The position numbers were made by a program, and so were the translations under genes. A DNA stretch of 64,000 nt from NCBI RefSeq assembly GCF_006345805.1, contig NC_043025.1:3596001-3660000 (forward strand), written 5' to 3'. This DNA comes from Octopus sinensis. Taxonomy: Eukaryota. Below are positions 52,450 to 64,000 of this stretch, piece after piece. The notes beneath the pieces are model-generated. The model was given only the letters and a program-made list of their open reading frames with translations. It was not told the origin of the DNA and searched no databases. The number at the start of each line of letters is the position of its first letter. Within the stretch, counting starts at the first letter, position 1.

Positions 52450-52800
52450 TCCTGGAGCACCGCCTTTAATCGAGCAACTCGACCCCGGGACTTATTCTTT
52501 TTGTAAGCCCAGTACTTATTCTATCGGTCTCTTTTGCCGAACCGCTAAGTAACGGGGACATAAACACACCAGCATCGGTTGTCAAGCAATGCTAGGGGGA
52601 CAAACACAAACACACATACATATATATATATATACATATATACGACGGGCTTCTTTCAGTTTCCGTCTACCAAATCCACTCACAAGGCATTGGTCGGCCC
52701 GGGGCTATAGTAGAAGACACTTGCCCAAGATGCCACGCAGTGGGACTGAACCCGGAGCCATGTGGTCGGTAAGCAAGCTACTTACCACACAGCCACTCCT
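52450..52800 (-). mobile_element. Family-1 SINE
   Basis: ctggagcaccgcctttaatcgagc ... cacagccactcct. Confidence 0.9.
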
Positions 52801-52872
52801 TTTCTTTTCTAAATATGCAGAAAGATACGGACATCGGAATTCGGACAAAAATTTCAAAACATTTCTATATTT

Positions 52873-53190
52873 ACAGTTAGGTTTTAGGATTAGGGCTAGG
52901 GTTAGGGTTTTATGATTACGGTTAGAGTTGGGGTTTAACGGTTTTAGGATTAGGGCTAGGGTTAGGGTTTTATGATTAGGGTTAGAGTTGGGGTTTTTTA
53001 ACGGTTTAGGATTAGGGCTAGGGTTAGGGTTTTATGATTAGGGTTAGAGTTGGGGTTTTTTAACGGTTTTAGGGCTAGGGTTAGGGTTAGAGTTGGGGTT
53101 TAACGGTTTTAGGATTAGGGCTAAGGTTAGGGTTTTATGATTAGGGTTAGAGTTGGGGTTTAACGGTTTTAGGGTTAGGGTTTTACGGTT
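52873..53190. repeat. Degenerate telomere-like (TTAGGG-rich) satellite with a higher-order unit of about 60 bp
   Basis: Units start with acggttt at 52938, 53001, 53063, 53103 and 53163, plus a partial unit at 52874. Confidence 0.85.
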
Positions 53191-53364
53191 AGTTTTGCGG
53201 AAAAAAGTCAAAATTGAAGAAGTTGGAGGGGGGTGGAGAGAGGGTGGTGGAAATTTTTCACGATGCCGGTTTTTGGCAATTTTGGGACCTCCGTATCCGA
53301 AAACGGGGTTTTTGGCAAAAAAAAAATTTTTTTTAATAAAGGAATTTGGAAGAAAATGGGGCTC

Positions 53365-53706
53365 GGGGGCGGGCGGGCGGAAGTCTTTGCCAATAGAATA
53401 AAGGATCTTTTCGCTTAACAGGGGTCGATCTGTCCGATTAAGACTCATCCAAGGCAGTGCTGCAGCATGGCCGCAGTCCAATATTGTAACGTGTAAAAGC
53501 TACCTCCCTTTCCTCCAGTCCATATAAGTCTTGTCACCTGACCTAAACAGACCAATGACAATTCAATATTTCCATCCCCCCTCATTCCCTCTCGTTCTCT
53601 CTGTTTACCTCCAGTCGCCATTTCCTATTAACTCTTCAACCGTGACCGCAGCCATTAATTCACTTCAGAAGACGAAGATCTTTCCTCCTCCATAAATTCA
53701 CGCCAA
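53365..53706 (+). promoter_or_regulatory. Candidate ZNF promoter and non-coding first exon
   Basis: GC box gggggcgggcgggcgg with overlapping CGGAAGT (ETS-like) at 53365-53384, CCAAT at 53552, CGCCATTT (YY1-like) at 53616, donor caa|gtaggt at 53707, and a matching acceptor tttttttgtttcag| at 55226. Confidence 0.45.
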
Positions 53707-53838
53707 GTAGGTTTTGTTATTTTGTTTATTTCCTTTGTCTTTCTTCTTCGTTCATCAACATGATGTTTATTTGTGTTTGATCTGTCATAAATTAGCGTAA
53801 CATACCGGAACAACAACATTGATCACTGCTCTGCTCAG

Positions 53839-54753
53839 TCAGGCATGACCTGGGGTTAAACAGCACCAACCAGATGGGACGTCAAAGTGGTCGCTTCATC
53901 TGCTAGAAATAGTAGCCAAGTTTACCTCAAATTACACGTTTCGGTGTTGAAAATTGAAGGCTATATTTGATAGTGTAGTCCTAGATATACAGTGACAGAG
54001 GGAGGAAACGTACTCATTCAGGCATGACCTGGGGTTAAACAGCAGCAACCAGATGGGACGTCAACGTGGTCGCTTGATCTGCTAGAAATAGTAGCCAAGT
54101 TTACCTCAAATTACACGTTTCGGTGTTGAAAATTGAAGGCTATATTTGATAGTGTAGTCCTAGATATACAGTGACAGAGGGAGGAACGTACTCATTCAGG
54201 CATGACCTGGGGTTAAACAGCAGCAACCAGATGGGACGTCAACGTGGTCGCTTGATCTGCTAGAAATAGTAGCCAAGTTTACCTCAAATTACACGTTTCG
54301 GTGTTGAAAATTGAAGGCTATATTTGATAGTGTAGTCGTAGATATACAGTGACAGAGGGAGGAACGTACTCAGTCAGGCATGACCTGGGGTTAAACAGCA
54401 GCAACCAGATGGGACGTCAACGTGGTCGCTTGATCTGCTAGAAATAGTAGCCAAGTTTACCTCAAATTACACGTTTCGGTGTTGAAAATTGAAGGCTATA
54501 TTTGATAGTGTAGTCGTAGATATACAGTGACAGAGGGAGGAACGTACTCATTCAGGCATGACCTGGGGTTAAACAGCAGCAACCAGATGGGACGTCAACG
54601 TGGTCGCTTGATCTGCTAGAAATAGTAGCCAAGTTTACCTCAAATTACACGTTTCGGTGTTGAAAATTGAAGGCTATATTTGATAGTGTAGTCCTAGATA
54701 TACAGTGACAGAGGGAGGAACGTACTCATTCAGGCATGACCTGGGGTTAAACA
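53839..54753. repeat. Tandem array of a 178-bp unit (5 full copies plus a partial)
   Basis: tcaggcatgacctgggg starts at 53839, 54018, 54196, 54374, 54552 and 54730. Confidence 0.95.
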
Positions 54754-54764
54754 ACAAGTGTGTG

Positions 54765-55145
54765 TATACTCTTTTACTTGTTTCAGTCATTTGACTGCGG
54801 CCATGCTGGAGCACCGCCTTTAGTCGAGCAAATCGACCCCAGGACTTATTCTTTGTAAGCCCAGTACTTATTCTATCGGTCTCTTTTGCCGAACTGCTAA
54901 GTGACGGGGACGTAAAACACCAGCATCGGTTGTCAAGCAATGCTAGGGGGACAAACACAGACACACAAACACATACACACATATATATATACAGGCTTCT
55001 TTCAGTTTCCGTCTACCACATCCACTCACAAGGCTTTGGTCGGCCTGAGGCTATAGTAGAAGACACTCGCCCAAGGTGCCACGCAGTGGGACTGAACCCA
55101 GAACCATGTGGTTGGGAATCAAGCTACTTACCACATAGCCACTCT
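54765..55145 (-). mobile_element. Family-1 SINE, near full length
   Basis: Tail tactcttttacttgtttcagtc to head catagccactc. Confidence 0.9.
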
Positions 55146-55498
55146 TTGTAATATTTCTACTGTTATTTTTTTTTTAATGTTTGAAGTATCCTCTATAGTT
55201 TATATTGTTTTTTTTTTTTGTTTCAGAATACCTGTTGATTGGAATTAACCTGTATTGTTTTGGACACATTGTCGTTTTTTAAAGCCACACATTGTATCAA
55301 AGAAGTGTCTGCTGTTTCTATGGATCTATATTTGGAATTACTGTGAAGCATTTCCTTTGACCAAGTTAATTATGCTGATTAAAATCGCAGTCGATGGAAA
55401 TAGAGGAAGCGAAATATTTGTTATGAATTAAATATAAAGCCAGGTAGAGCAAGAACAACAAAACACCTGTGTATTGTGGTGAGAAACAAAAAAAAAAT

Positions 55499-57787
55499 AT
55501 GGAAAATGATTTGTGTGAGGAGAAAATTAAATGTGAACAAGAATGGAATTCGGTGGAATTACCTGATGAGATGCCAGAGGATAGAAGAGAAACTTCATAC
55601 ACCTGTGAGGTGTGTTATAAGACATTCAATCAAAAGACAGATCTAACTACACACAGACAGACTCATACAGGAGAGAAACCATATCACTGTGATATTTGTG
55701 GTAAATCATTTTTTGAAAGAAGTTCTTTAAATACTCATGCGTGTGTCAATGCAGAAAAGAGATCATATCAGTGTGATATCTGTGGTAAATCATTCTCTAC
55801 AGCAAGTCATTTAACTACACACAAGCGGACTCATACAGGGGAGAGGCCCTACCCATGTGATATCTGTGGCAAAGCGTTCTCTAAAACTAGCCACTTGAGC
55901 AGACACAAATATATTCATACAGGAGAGAAGCCGTATGAGTGTGATATCTGTGGTAAATTATTTACGGTGATAAGTAATTTGAGTAGGCATAAACGTATTC
56001 ATACGGGAGAGAAACCACATCACTGTGATATCTGTGGTAGATTGTTTTCTGAAAGAGGTAACTTAACTAGACACAAACGTATTCATACTGGAGAGAAGCC
56101 ATATTTTTGTGATATCTGTGGTAAATCATTTACTTTAGATAGTGACCTGACACGACACAGACGCATTCATACTGGGGAGAAACCATATTGCTGTGACACC
56201 TGTGGTAAATCATTCTCTCGAAATGATGACTTAGTTATACACAAACGTATTCATACAGGAGAGAAGCCATTTCACTGTGTTACTTGTGGAAAATCATTCT
56301 CTGAAAGAGGTAGATTTACTAAACACAAACGTATTCATACAGGAGAGAAGCCATATCACTGCGATATCTGTGGTGTATCATTCTCTGAGATTAATTCCCT
56401 TAATAAGCACAAGCTTGTTCATACGGGAGAGAAGCCATATCACTCTGATATCGATGGTAAATCATTCTCTCAAAATGAAGACTTAATGTCACGTCCATTC
56501 ATTCATTCAAGAGAAAGACCATACCACTGTGATATCTGTGGTAAATCGTTTGCAAAGGTCAGTTACATAACTACACACAAACGTGTTCATACAGGAGAGA
56601 AACCCCACCGCTGTGATATTTGTGGTAAATCATTCTCCGAAGGAAGCGGCTTGGTTATACACAAACGAATTCATACAGGAGAGAAACCTTATCATTGTGA
56701 TATCTGTGGTAGATTATTCTCTCAAATCAGTCGGTTAACCAGACACAAACGCATTCATACAGGCGAGAAACCATATCAGTGTGATATCTGTGGTAAATCA
56801 TTCTCCTTAATCACGACCTTAACGAAGCACAATCATATTCATACAGGTGAGAAGCCATATCATTGCGACATTTGTGGTAAATTCTTTTCTCTACTTGGTA
56901 GCTTAACTACTCACAAACGTAGTCACACGGGAGAGAAACCATATCATTGTGATGTCTGTGGTAAATATTTCTCTGTAATAAGTAACTTAACTAAACACAA
57001 GCGTATTCATACAGGTGAGAAACCACATCACTGTGATATCTGTAATAAATCATTCTCTCAGAAAGGGCACTTGATTACGCATCAGTATATACATACAGGT
57101 GAGAAACCATATCAGTGTGAGATGTGTGGGAAATCTTTTGCTTCTGGAAGTCACTTAACGAAGCACTATCGTATTCACACAGGTGAGAAACCATACCTCT
57201 GCAATATCTGTGGTAGATCTTTCGCAGCAAGTAGCACTTTAAATGTTCATAAAAATACTCATACAGGTAAGAAGTCATGCCACTATGGGAGGTCGTCCTC
57301 TGTAAGAAGTGCCCTGACTAAGCACAAATGTATTAATAATACAGGTGAGAAACCGTTTCACTGCGATGCCTGCGGGAAATCATTCTCTGCGGGAACTACC
57401 TTAACTACGCATAAACGTATTCACACAGGTGAGAGACCTTATGATTGTGATATCTGTGGTAAATCATTCTCACAAAAAGAAAACTTAATCAATCATAAAC
57501 GTGTTCACACAGGAGAGAAGCCATATCACTGTGATATCTGTGGTAAGTCTTTCTCTGAAGGCGGCAGCTTAACTAAACACAAGCGTATTCATACAGGAGA
57601 GAAACCATATCATTGTGATGTCTGTAGTAAATCCTTCTCTCAGATAAGTCACTTAACTAAACACAAACTCACTCATTCAGGGGAGAAGCCATATCACTGT
57701 GATGTCTGTGATAAATCATTCTCGGAAAACTCAAATTTGACCAGACACAAAGATATTCATAGAGAAGAAAAATCATATCCCTGTTGA
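55499..57787 (+). CDS. Poly-C2H2 zinc-finger protein (762 aa; 26 finger units, 23 canonical; short acidic leader, no KRAB/BTB/ZAD recognised)
   Basis: Repeated CxxC-x12-HxxxH with TGEKP linkers. The first ATG is at 55499 (the track's 55469 start is a GTG). Units 2, 11 and 21 lack a full ligand set. Confidence 0.95.
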   Translation: MENDLCEEKIKCEQEWNSVELPDEMPEDRRETSYTCEVCYKTFNQKTDLTTHRQTHTGEKPYHCDICGKSFFERSSLNTHACVNAEKRSYQCDICGKSFSTASHLTTHKRTHTGERPYPCDICGKAFSKTSHLSRHKYIHTGEKPYECDICGKLFTVISNLSRHKRIHTGEKPHHCDICGRLFSERGNLTRHKRIHTGEKPYFCDICGKSFTLDSDLTRHRRIHTGEKPYCCDTCGKSFSRNDDLVIHKRIHTGEKPFHCVTCGKSFSERGRFTKHKRIHTGEKPYHCDICGVSFSEINSLNKHKLVHTGEKPYHSDIDGKSFSQNEDLMSRPFIHSRERPYHCDICGKSFAKVSYITTHKRVHTGEKPHRCDICGKSFSEGSGLVIHKRIHTGEKPYHCDICGRLFSQISRLTRHKRIHTGEKPYQCDICGKSFSLITTLTKHNHIHTGEKPYHCDICGKFFSLLGSLTTHKRSHTGEKPYHCDVCGKYFSVISNLTKHKRIHTGEKPHHCDICNKSFSQKGHLITHQYIHTGEKPYQCEMCGKSFASGSHLTKHYRIHTGEKPYLCNICGRSFAASSTLNVHKNTHTGKKSCHYGRSSSVRSALTKHKCINNTGEKPFHCDACGKSFSAGTTLTTHKRIHTGERPYDCDICGKSFSQKENLINHKRVHTGEKPYHCDICGKSFSEGGSLTKHKRIHTGEKPYHCDVCSKSFSQISHLTKHKLTHSGEKPYHCDVCDKSFSENSNLTRHKDIHREEKSYPC

Positions 57788-57807
57788 CATCTGTGGTAAA
57801 ATGTTCT

Positions 57808-58293
57808 TTAACCCTTTAGCATTTAAACCAGGCCCAAATATTTCTGTTTATGTTGAAACTAGCCAGATCCTACCTCTCACACTTGCCCTGCAATGTTATT
57901 TCTAAAGGTAAACAATCACGTCATTGAAATCTTAAAGCTATGAAACAATGCATGATTATCATCATCACCATCATCATCGTTTAGCGTCCGCTTTCCATGC
58001 TGGCATGGGTTGGACGGTGCAACTGGGGTCTGGGAAGCCAGAAGACTGCACCAGGCCCAGTCTGATCTGGCAATGTTTCTACAGCTGGATGCCCTTCCTA
58101 ACGCCAACCACTCCATGAGTGTAGTAGGTGCTTTTTACATGGCAGACGAGGCTGGCAAACAGCCACGATCGGATGGTGCTTTTTACGTGCCACCGGCACG
58201 GAGACCAGGCGAGGCTGGCAACGGCCACAATCGGATGGTGCTTTTTACGTGCCAAACAATTTGAATAAGTAAGCATTACATTTGACAGAAATA
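57808..58293 (+). mobile_element. piggyBac-type MITE (TTAA-CCCTTT start) inserted in finger 27, itself interrupted by an RTE 3' UTR (57955-58255)
   Basis: ttaaccctttagc directly follows CGKMF; the (cat)n-tailed RTE UTR is homologous to 24650-24900. The right TIR was not found. Confidence 0.6.
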
Positions 58294-59500
<1,207 letters not shown>

Positions 59501-59896
59501 TTCAGTATAAATTATAATTATAGTAAATCGTCTCCTCACAATTCAAATTCAACTAGACACATAGTCACAACAGAGATAGACATGATTTAACATCCAACTT
59601 CCCTAGGTTGGGTAAAGGTCTTCATGAGCATGGTTTCCTCAGCTGAACACCTTTGTCGATGCCATCCAACTTGCAGGGGGTACCAGGTGATTTTTTTACT
59701 AACCCAGCACTAGTTGGGTGGCCAAGTATCTCGCAACACAGTGAAAATGTACCCCTTACTGTGTGGGTTGTATAATTGATATAAAGTTTCTTGATATATT
59801 TTTTTTAAATCAAATTAAAAAATATGATTAATAAAAAAAAGTTATCCAAAGACCAATAATTACTTCATTCTTTTGTATTACTATTTACTATTTTAC

Positions 59897-60663
59897 TATT
59901 TTACTTGTTTCAGTCATTTGACTGCGGCCGTGCTGGAGCACCGCCTTTAATCGAGCAACTCGACCCCGGGACTTATTCTTTTGTAAGCCCAGTACTTATT
60001 CTATCGGTCTTTTTTGCCGAACCACTAGGTAACGGAGACATAAACACACCAGCATCGGTTGTCAAGCAATGCTAGGGGGACAAACACAGATACACAAACA
60101 CACACATACACATATACATATATATACATATACACGACGGGCTTCTTTCAGTTTCCGTCTACCAAATCCACTCACAAGGCATCGGTCCGGGGCTATAGCA
60201 GAAGACACTTGCCCAAGATGCCACGCAGTGGGACTGAACCCGGAACCATGTGGTTGTTTAGCAAGCTACTTACCACACAGCCACTCCTGCGCCTATATAT
60301 ATATATACATATACACGACGGGCTTCTTTCAGTTTCCGTCTACCAAATCCACTCACAAGGCATTGGTCGGCCCGAGGCTATAGCAGAAGCCACTTGCCCA
60401 AGATGCCACGCAGTGGGACTGAACCCGGAACCATGTGGTTGGTTAGCAAGCTACTTACCACACAGCCACTCCTGCGCCTATATATATATATATACACATA
60501 CATGACGGGCTTCTTTCAGTTTCCGTCTACCAAATCCACTCACAAGGCATTGGTCGGCCCGGGGCTATAGCAGAAGACACTTGCCCAAGATGCCACGCAG
60601 TGAGACTGAACCCGGAACCATGTGGTTGGTAAGCAAGCTACTTACCACACAGCCACTCCTGCG
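59897..60663 (-). mobile_element. Family-1 SINE with three tandem head units
   Basis: Heads end at 60293, 60478 and 60663. Confidence 0.9.
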
Positions 60664-60756
60664 TATCGTTATTGTTTTTTTTTTTTAGAAATATTTAAGA
60701 AGTTTACTGAAGATGCTTTACAGAATTGATAAAGAACAAGAATTCATCATTATCAT

Positions 60757-61707
60757 TTAACCCTTTTGTTACTGTATTTATTTTGAGAAGTTCTGTGTTT
60801 CTTTCAATTAATTTTAAATATAACAAAGAATTTAGTAAAATAACTTAGTTATCATTAAGCTAGTGTTAGGAACATAAATTGTGACTAAGATTTGGTGGAC
60901 GATTTTAATTCAAAACTTATGGAAAGACATTTGTAGTCAGAGCCAGAGGCAGTTTCTGCCGGGTTGGTATCAAAAGGGTTAAAAATATCATGGGCACTTT
61001 AACCCTTTTGTTACCATATTTCTGTTGAGATGCTCTGTGTTTCTTTCAATTAATTTTAAATATAACAAAGAATTTAGTAAAATAACTTAGTTATCATTAA
61101 GCTAGTGTTAGGAACATAAATTGTGACTAAGGTTTGGTGGAAGGATTTAATTCAAAACTTATGAAAACAAGACATTTGTAGTCAGAGCCAGAGGCAATTT
61201 CTGCCGGGTTGGTATCGAAAGGATTAAAAATATCATGGGCACTTTAACCCTTTTGTTACTGTATTTATTTTGAGAAGTTCTGTGTTTCTTTCAATTACTT
61301 TAAATATAACAAAGAATTTAGTAAAATAACTTAGTTATCATTAAGCTAGTGTTAGGAACATAAATTGTGACTAAGGTTTGGTGGAAGATTTTAATTCAGA
61401 ACTTATGAAAACAAGACATTTGTACTACAGAGCCAGAGATGGTTTCAGCCGGGTTGGTATCAAAAGGGTTAAAAATATCATGGTGACTTGAACCCTTTTG
61501 TTACTGTATTTCTGTTGAGAATTTCTGTGTTTCTCTCAATTAATTTTAAATATAACAAAGAATTTAGTAAAATAACTTAGTTATCATTAAGCTAGTGTTA
61601 GGAACATAAATTGTGACTAAGGTTTGGTGGAAGATTTTAATTCAAAACTTATGGAAACAAGACATTTGTAGTCAGAGCCAGAGCGGGGTTGGTATCGAAA
61701 GGGTTAA
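60757..61707. mobile_element. Four tandem piggyBac-type MITEs (about 211-221 bp each), TTAA-flanked, separated by a 16-bp spacer
   Basis: Units at 60761-60978, 61003-61223, 61248-61468 and 61493-61703; TIRs CCCTTTTGTTAC and GGTATCAAAAGGG; spacer aaatatcatgggcact or aaatatcatggtgact. Confidence 0.9.
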
Positions 61708-61850
61708 CTTCTGTTTTCCATGCTGGCATGGGTTGGACAGTTTAACAGAAACTGGTATGGCTGGAAGCCACATCAAGCACCATAGTATGTTTTGACGTAG
61801 TTTCAACAGCTGGATGCCAACCACTTTACAGAGTGTACTGGATGCTTTTA
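61706..61850 (-). mobile_element. Degenerate RTE 3' UTR fragment
   Basis: ttccatgctggcatgggttggac ... acagctggatgcc. Confidence 0.7.
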
Positions 61851-62287
61851 TCACCAACCAGCCTGCAAAACAAGACTTGACTCAGAGGGTGTGTGGCTTT
61901 GTGCCAGCTGAAGGGACAAGGAAAGGGGTCTTGCAGACACAGTAGCCTGGGGCAGGCTTTACCTGACTGGCTCCTATGCCATTGTGAAAGGCGGATCTTA
62001 AATGAGGATTTGGTGGAGTTCTGCTTTAAGCACCCTAAATAACCCCTCATAAAATTTTGTTTTTTTGGTATTTTCAGAAACTTTCTGCGAATTTATGTTC
62101 TACATACGGGAATTCATGCGATTAAGCCAAAATATAAAATGTTTGTGTGATTTAAGGGATATTTAGCTGTTATTTTAGCACTTCTCACGACCACTTGATA
62201 CCCTCCTTGTTTCTTTGGCGTTATTCAATATCCTTCTCCCCATAAACACATTTAATGGTCAATTGCTGGGATTTAAACAAAAAATTT

Positions 62288-62506
62288 GGGATCTTTTCGG
62301 TTTGAACGGCAGTTTTTAACATAATTTCTAGGTAGGGCGCAGGAGTGGCTGTGTGGTAAGTAGCTTGTTTACCAACCACATGGTTCTGGGTTCAGTCCCA
62401 CTGCCTGGCACCTTGGGCAAGTGTCTTCTACTAAAGCCTCGGGCCGACCAAAGCCTTGTGAGTGGATTTGGTAGACGGAAACTGAAAGAAGCCCGTCATA
62501 TATATG

Positions 62507-62560
<54 letters not shown>

Positions 62561-63151
62561 TGTGTGTATTTGTGTGTCTGTGTTTGTCCCCCTAGCATTG
62601 CTTGACAACCGATGCTGGTGTGTTTACATCCCCGTCACTTAGCGGTTCGGCAAAAGAGAACGATAGAATAAGTACTGGGCTTACAAAAGAATAAGTCCGG
62701 GGTCGAGTTGCTCGATTAAAGGCAGTGCTCCAGCATGGCCGCAGTCAAATGACTGAAACAAATAAAAGAGTAAAGAGAGTAACTAAAACCTTCTAAACTT
62801 TGTATACTGGTAGAATGTGTTTATAAAACATCATTTTCTCTTGGCTTTATTGAGAAAATTCTATGGTTTGTAAGATATTTGTTGTTTTTTTCTTCAATTT
62901 CTGCAATTTCAACCCATTAATGACGTCTATTGAGGTGAAAAACATTCTGTGCCGTATGAATATGTCCCTCGTTTAAGAAACAGATTGGGTTTATTTGCAT
63001 TTGTGAAGAAAAGAAGATACCCTTCCCCACACCCCTAACCCTAACCCTAAAACAGATTGAAATGCAATAGATCGATACTAGGGTCATAATTACGGGTGAC
63101 AATTTCATATGACACGGCTAGAAAAAACTGCCGGTCAAACCGAAAAGATCC
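62288..63151 (+). mobile_element. Full MITE A interrupted by a full family-1 SINE (62336-62780)
   Basis: Both TIRs are present; the SINE runs from head ggcgcaggagtggc to tail gactgaaacaaataaaagag. Confidence 0.9.
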
Positions 63152-63759
63152 ATTCGCATATTTAAGACACTTAACCCTATGAACGACTCAGCACCCTTAA
63201 TGACGAGGGGGGGGGGGGCATATACTTCTTGAAGTCGGCGGTAGAAATCCATTAGGGGCAGGTAATTAGTAAGCAAATAATAAACCTTGTGGGTCGGCAA
63301 GGTCGAGTATTCTCCCTTTGACCAGTCCCGTGAGCAAGTCCGTTATGAGATGAAGTCGACGAATGCTGCCCTCCCTGCTCTGCTCTCTCTATCATTCCTA
63401 TCCCTTCTCCCTCCCTCCCTCTATATAACCATGTACTCACTAGTCTCTGCCTCCCGCTACAATTATTTTCATACACTGTTGTGTCTGGGAAGTCATTCTC
63501 TTTTAGCGCCTTAACATTCTCACCGGTTCACTTTCATACAATTCTTTAAAATATTTGATTATAAAATGTAATAAGGATATTTGCTTGCTTAGCATCAAAT
63601 GGCTCGATGGGTCCACCTGAGTAAAAGAGGAATGAAAGGGGTCCATAAGCAAAAAACGGGAAAGCACTTTCCTTCGCCCCCCCCTCCCACTACATTGACA
63701 GCATTTCGTAATCACCTGACCTAAACTGACCAATGACAATCCAGTTCTACTTAACCTAG

Positions 63760-64000
63760 CTAGCTCTCTCTCACAATTTCTTACTTTCTTCCACTCCCAC
63801 TCATTCACTCTCTCTCTCTCACAATTTTTTACATTCTCTCATTCACTCTCTCCTTCTCTCACAATTTCTTACTCTCTCTCCCAATTTCCTATTCTCTCTA
63901 ACTTTCTTCCACTCCGACTCATTCACTCTCTCTCACACAATTTTTTACTCTCTCTAACTTTCTCCCACTCGACTCATATACTCTGTCTCTCACAATTTCT
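63760..64000. repeat. CT-rich imperfect tandem repeat (cactc/attcactctctc..acaattt)
   Basis: Direct reading; it runs off the window edge. Confidence 0.8.

Noticed and set aside
52873-53190. True telomere or chromosome end
   Set aside because: The repeat is short, degenerate, has higher-order structure and is flanked by ordinary sequence on both sides.
55469-55498. ORF-track start of the ZNF gene
   Set aside because: It is a GTG codon; the first in-frame ATG is at 55499.

Overview
Eukaryotic, repeat-dominated genomic DNA; the SINE families, microsatellite load and effector-less poly-C2H2 gene point to an octopus (cephalopod) genome, inferred from sequence character only. Two host genes are supportable. 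(1) A plus-strand single-coding-exon zinc-finger gene (ATG 55499, stop 57787, 26 finger units, 23 canonical), with a probable promoter and non-coding first exon near 53.4-53.7 kb and a decayed finger tail broken by nested transposons. (2) A minus-strand multi-exon gene that the ORF track does not assemble. Its hand-spliced phase-1 exons at about 35.4, 35.1, 33.1, 31.2, 29.6 and 26.8 kb give ankyrin repeat - RING-like Cys cluster - complete C-terminal Death domain. Its ankyrin exon appears split by a 12-unit tandem array of tRNA-SINE heads, and a 7.6-kb (GGT)n tract lies just upstream. The rest is decayed RTE, R4/Dong-like and HERO-like LINEs, Tc1, mariner, pogo, hAT and piggyBac-type DNA elements and MITEs, a Gypsy integrase remnant, SINEs, tandem arrays and very long microsatellites. 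No rRNA, true tRNA or CRISPR array was found. Most long ORFs in the track are low-complexity artefacts. All identifications are by eye; no database search was run.
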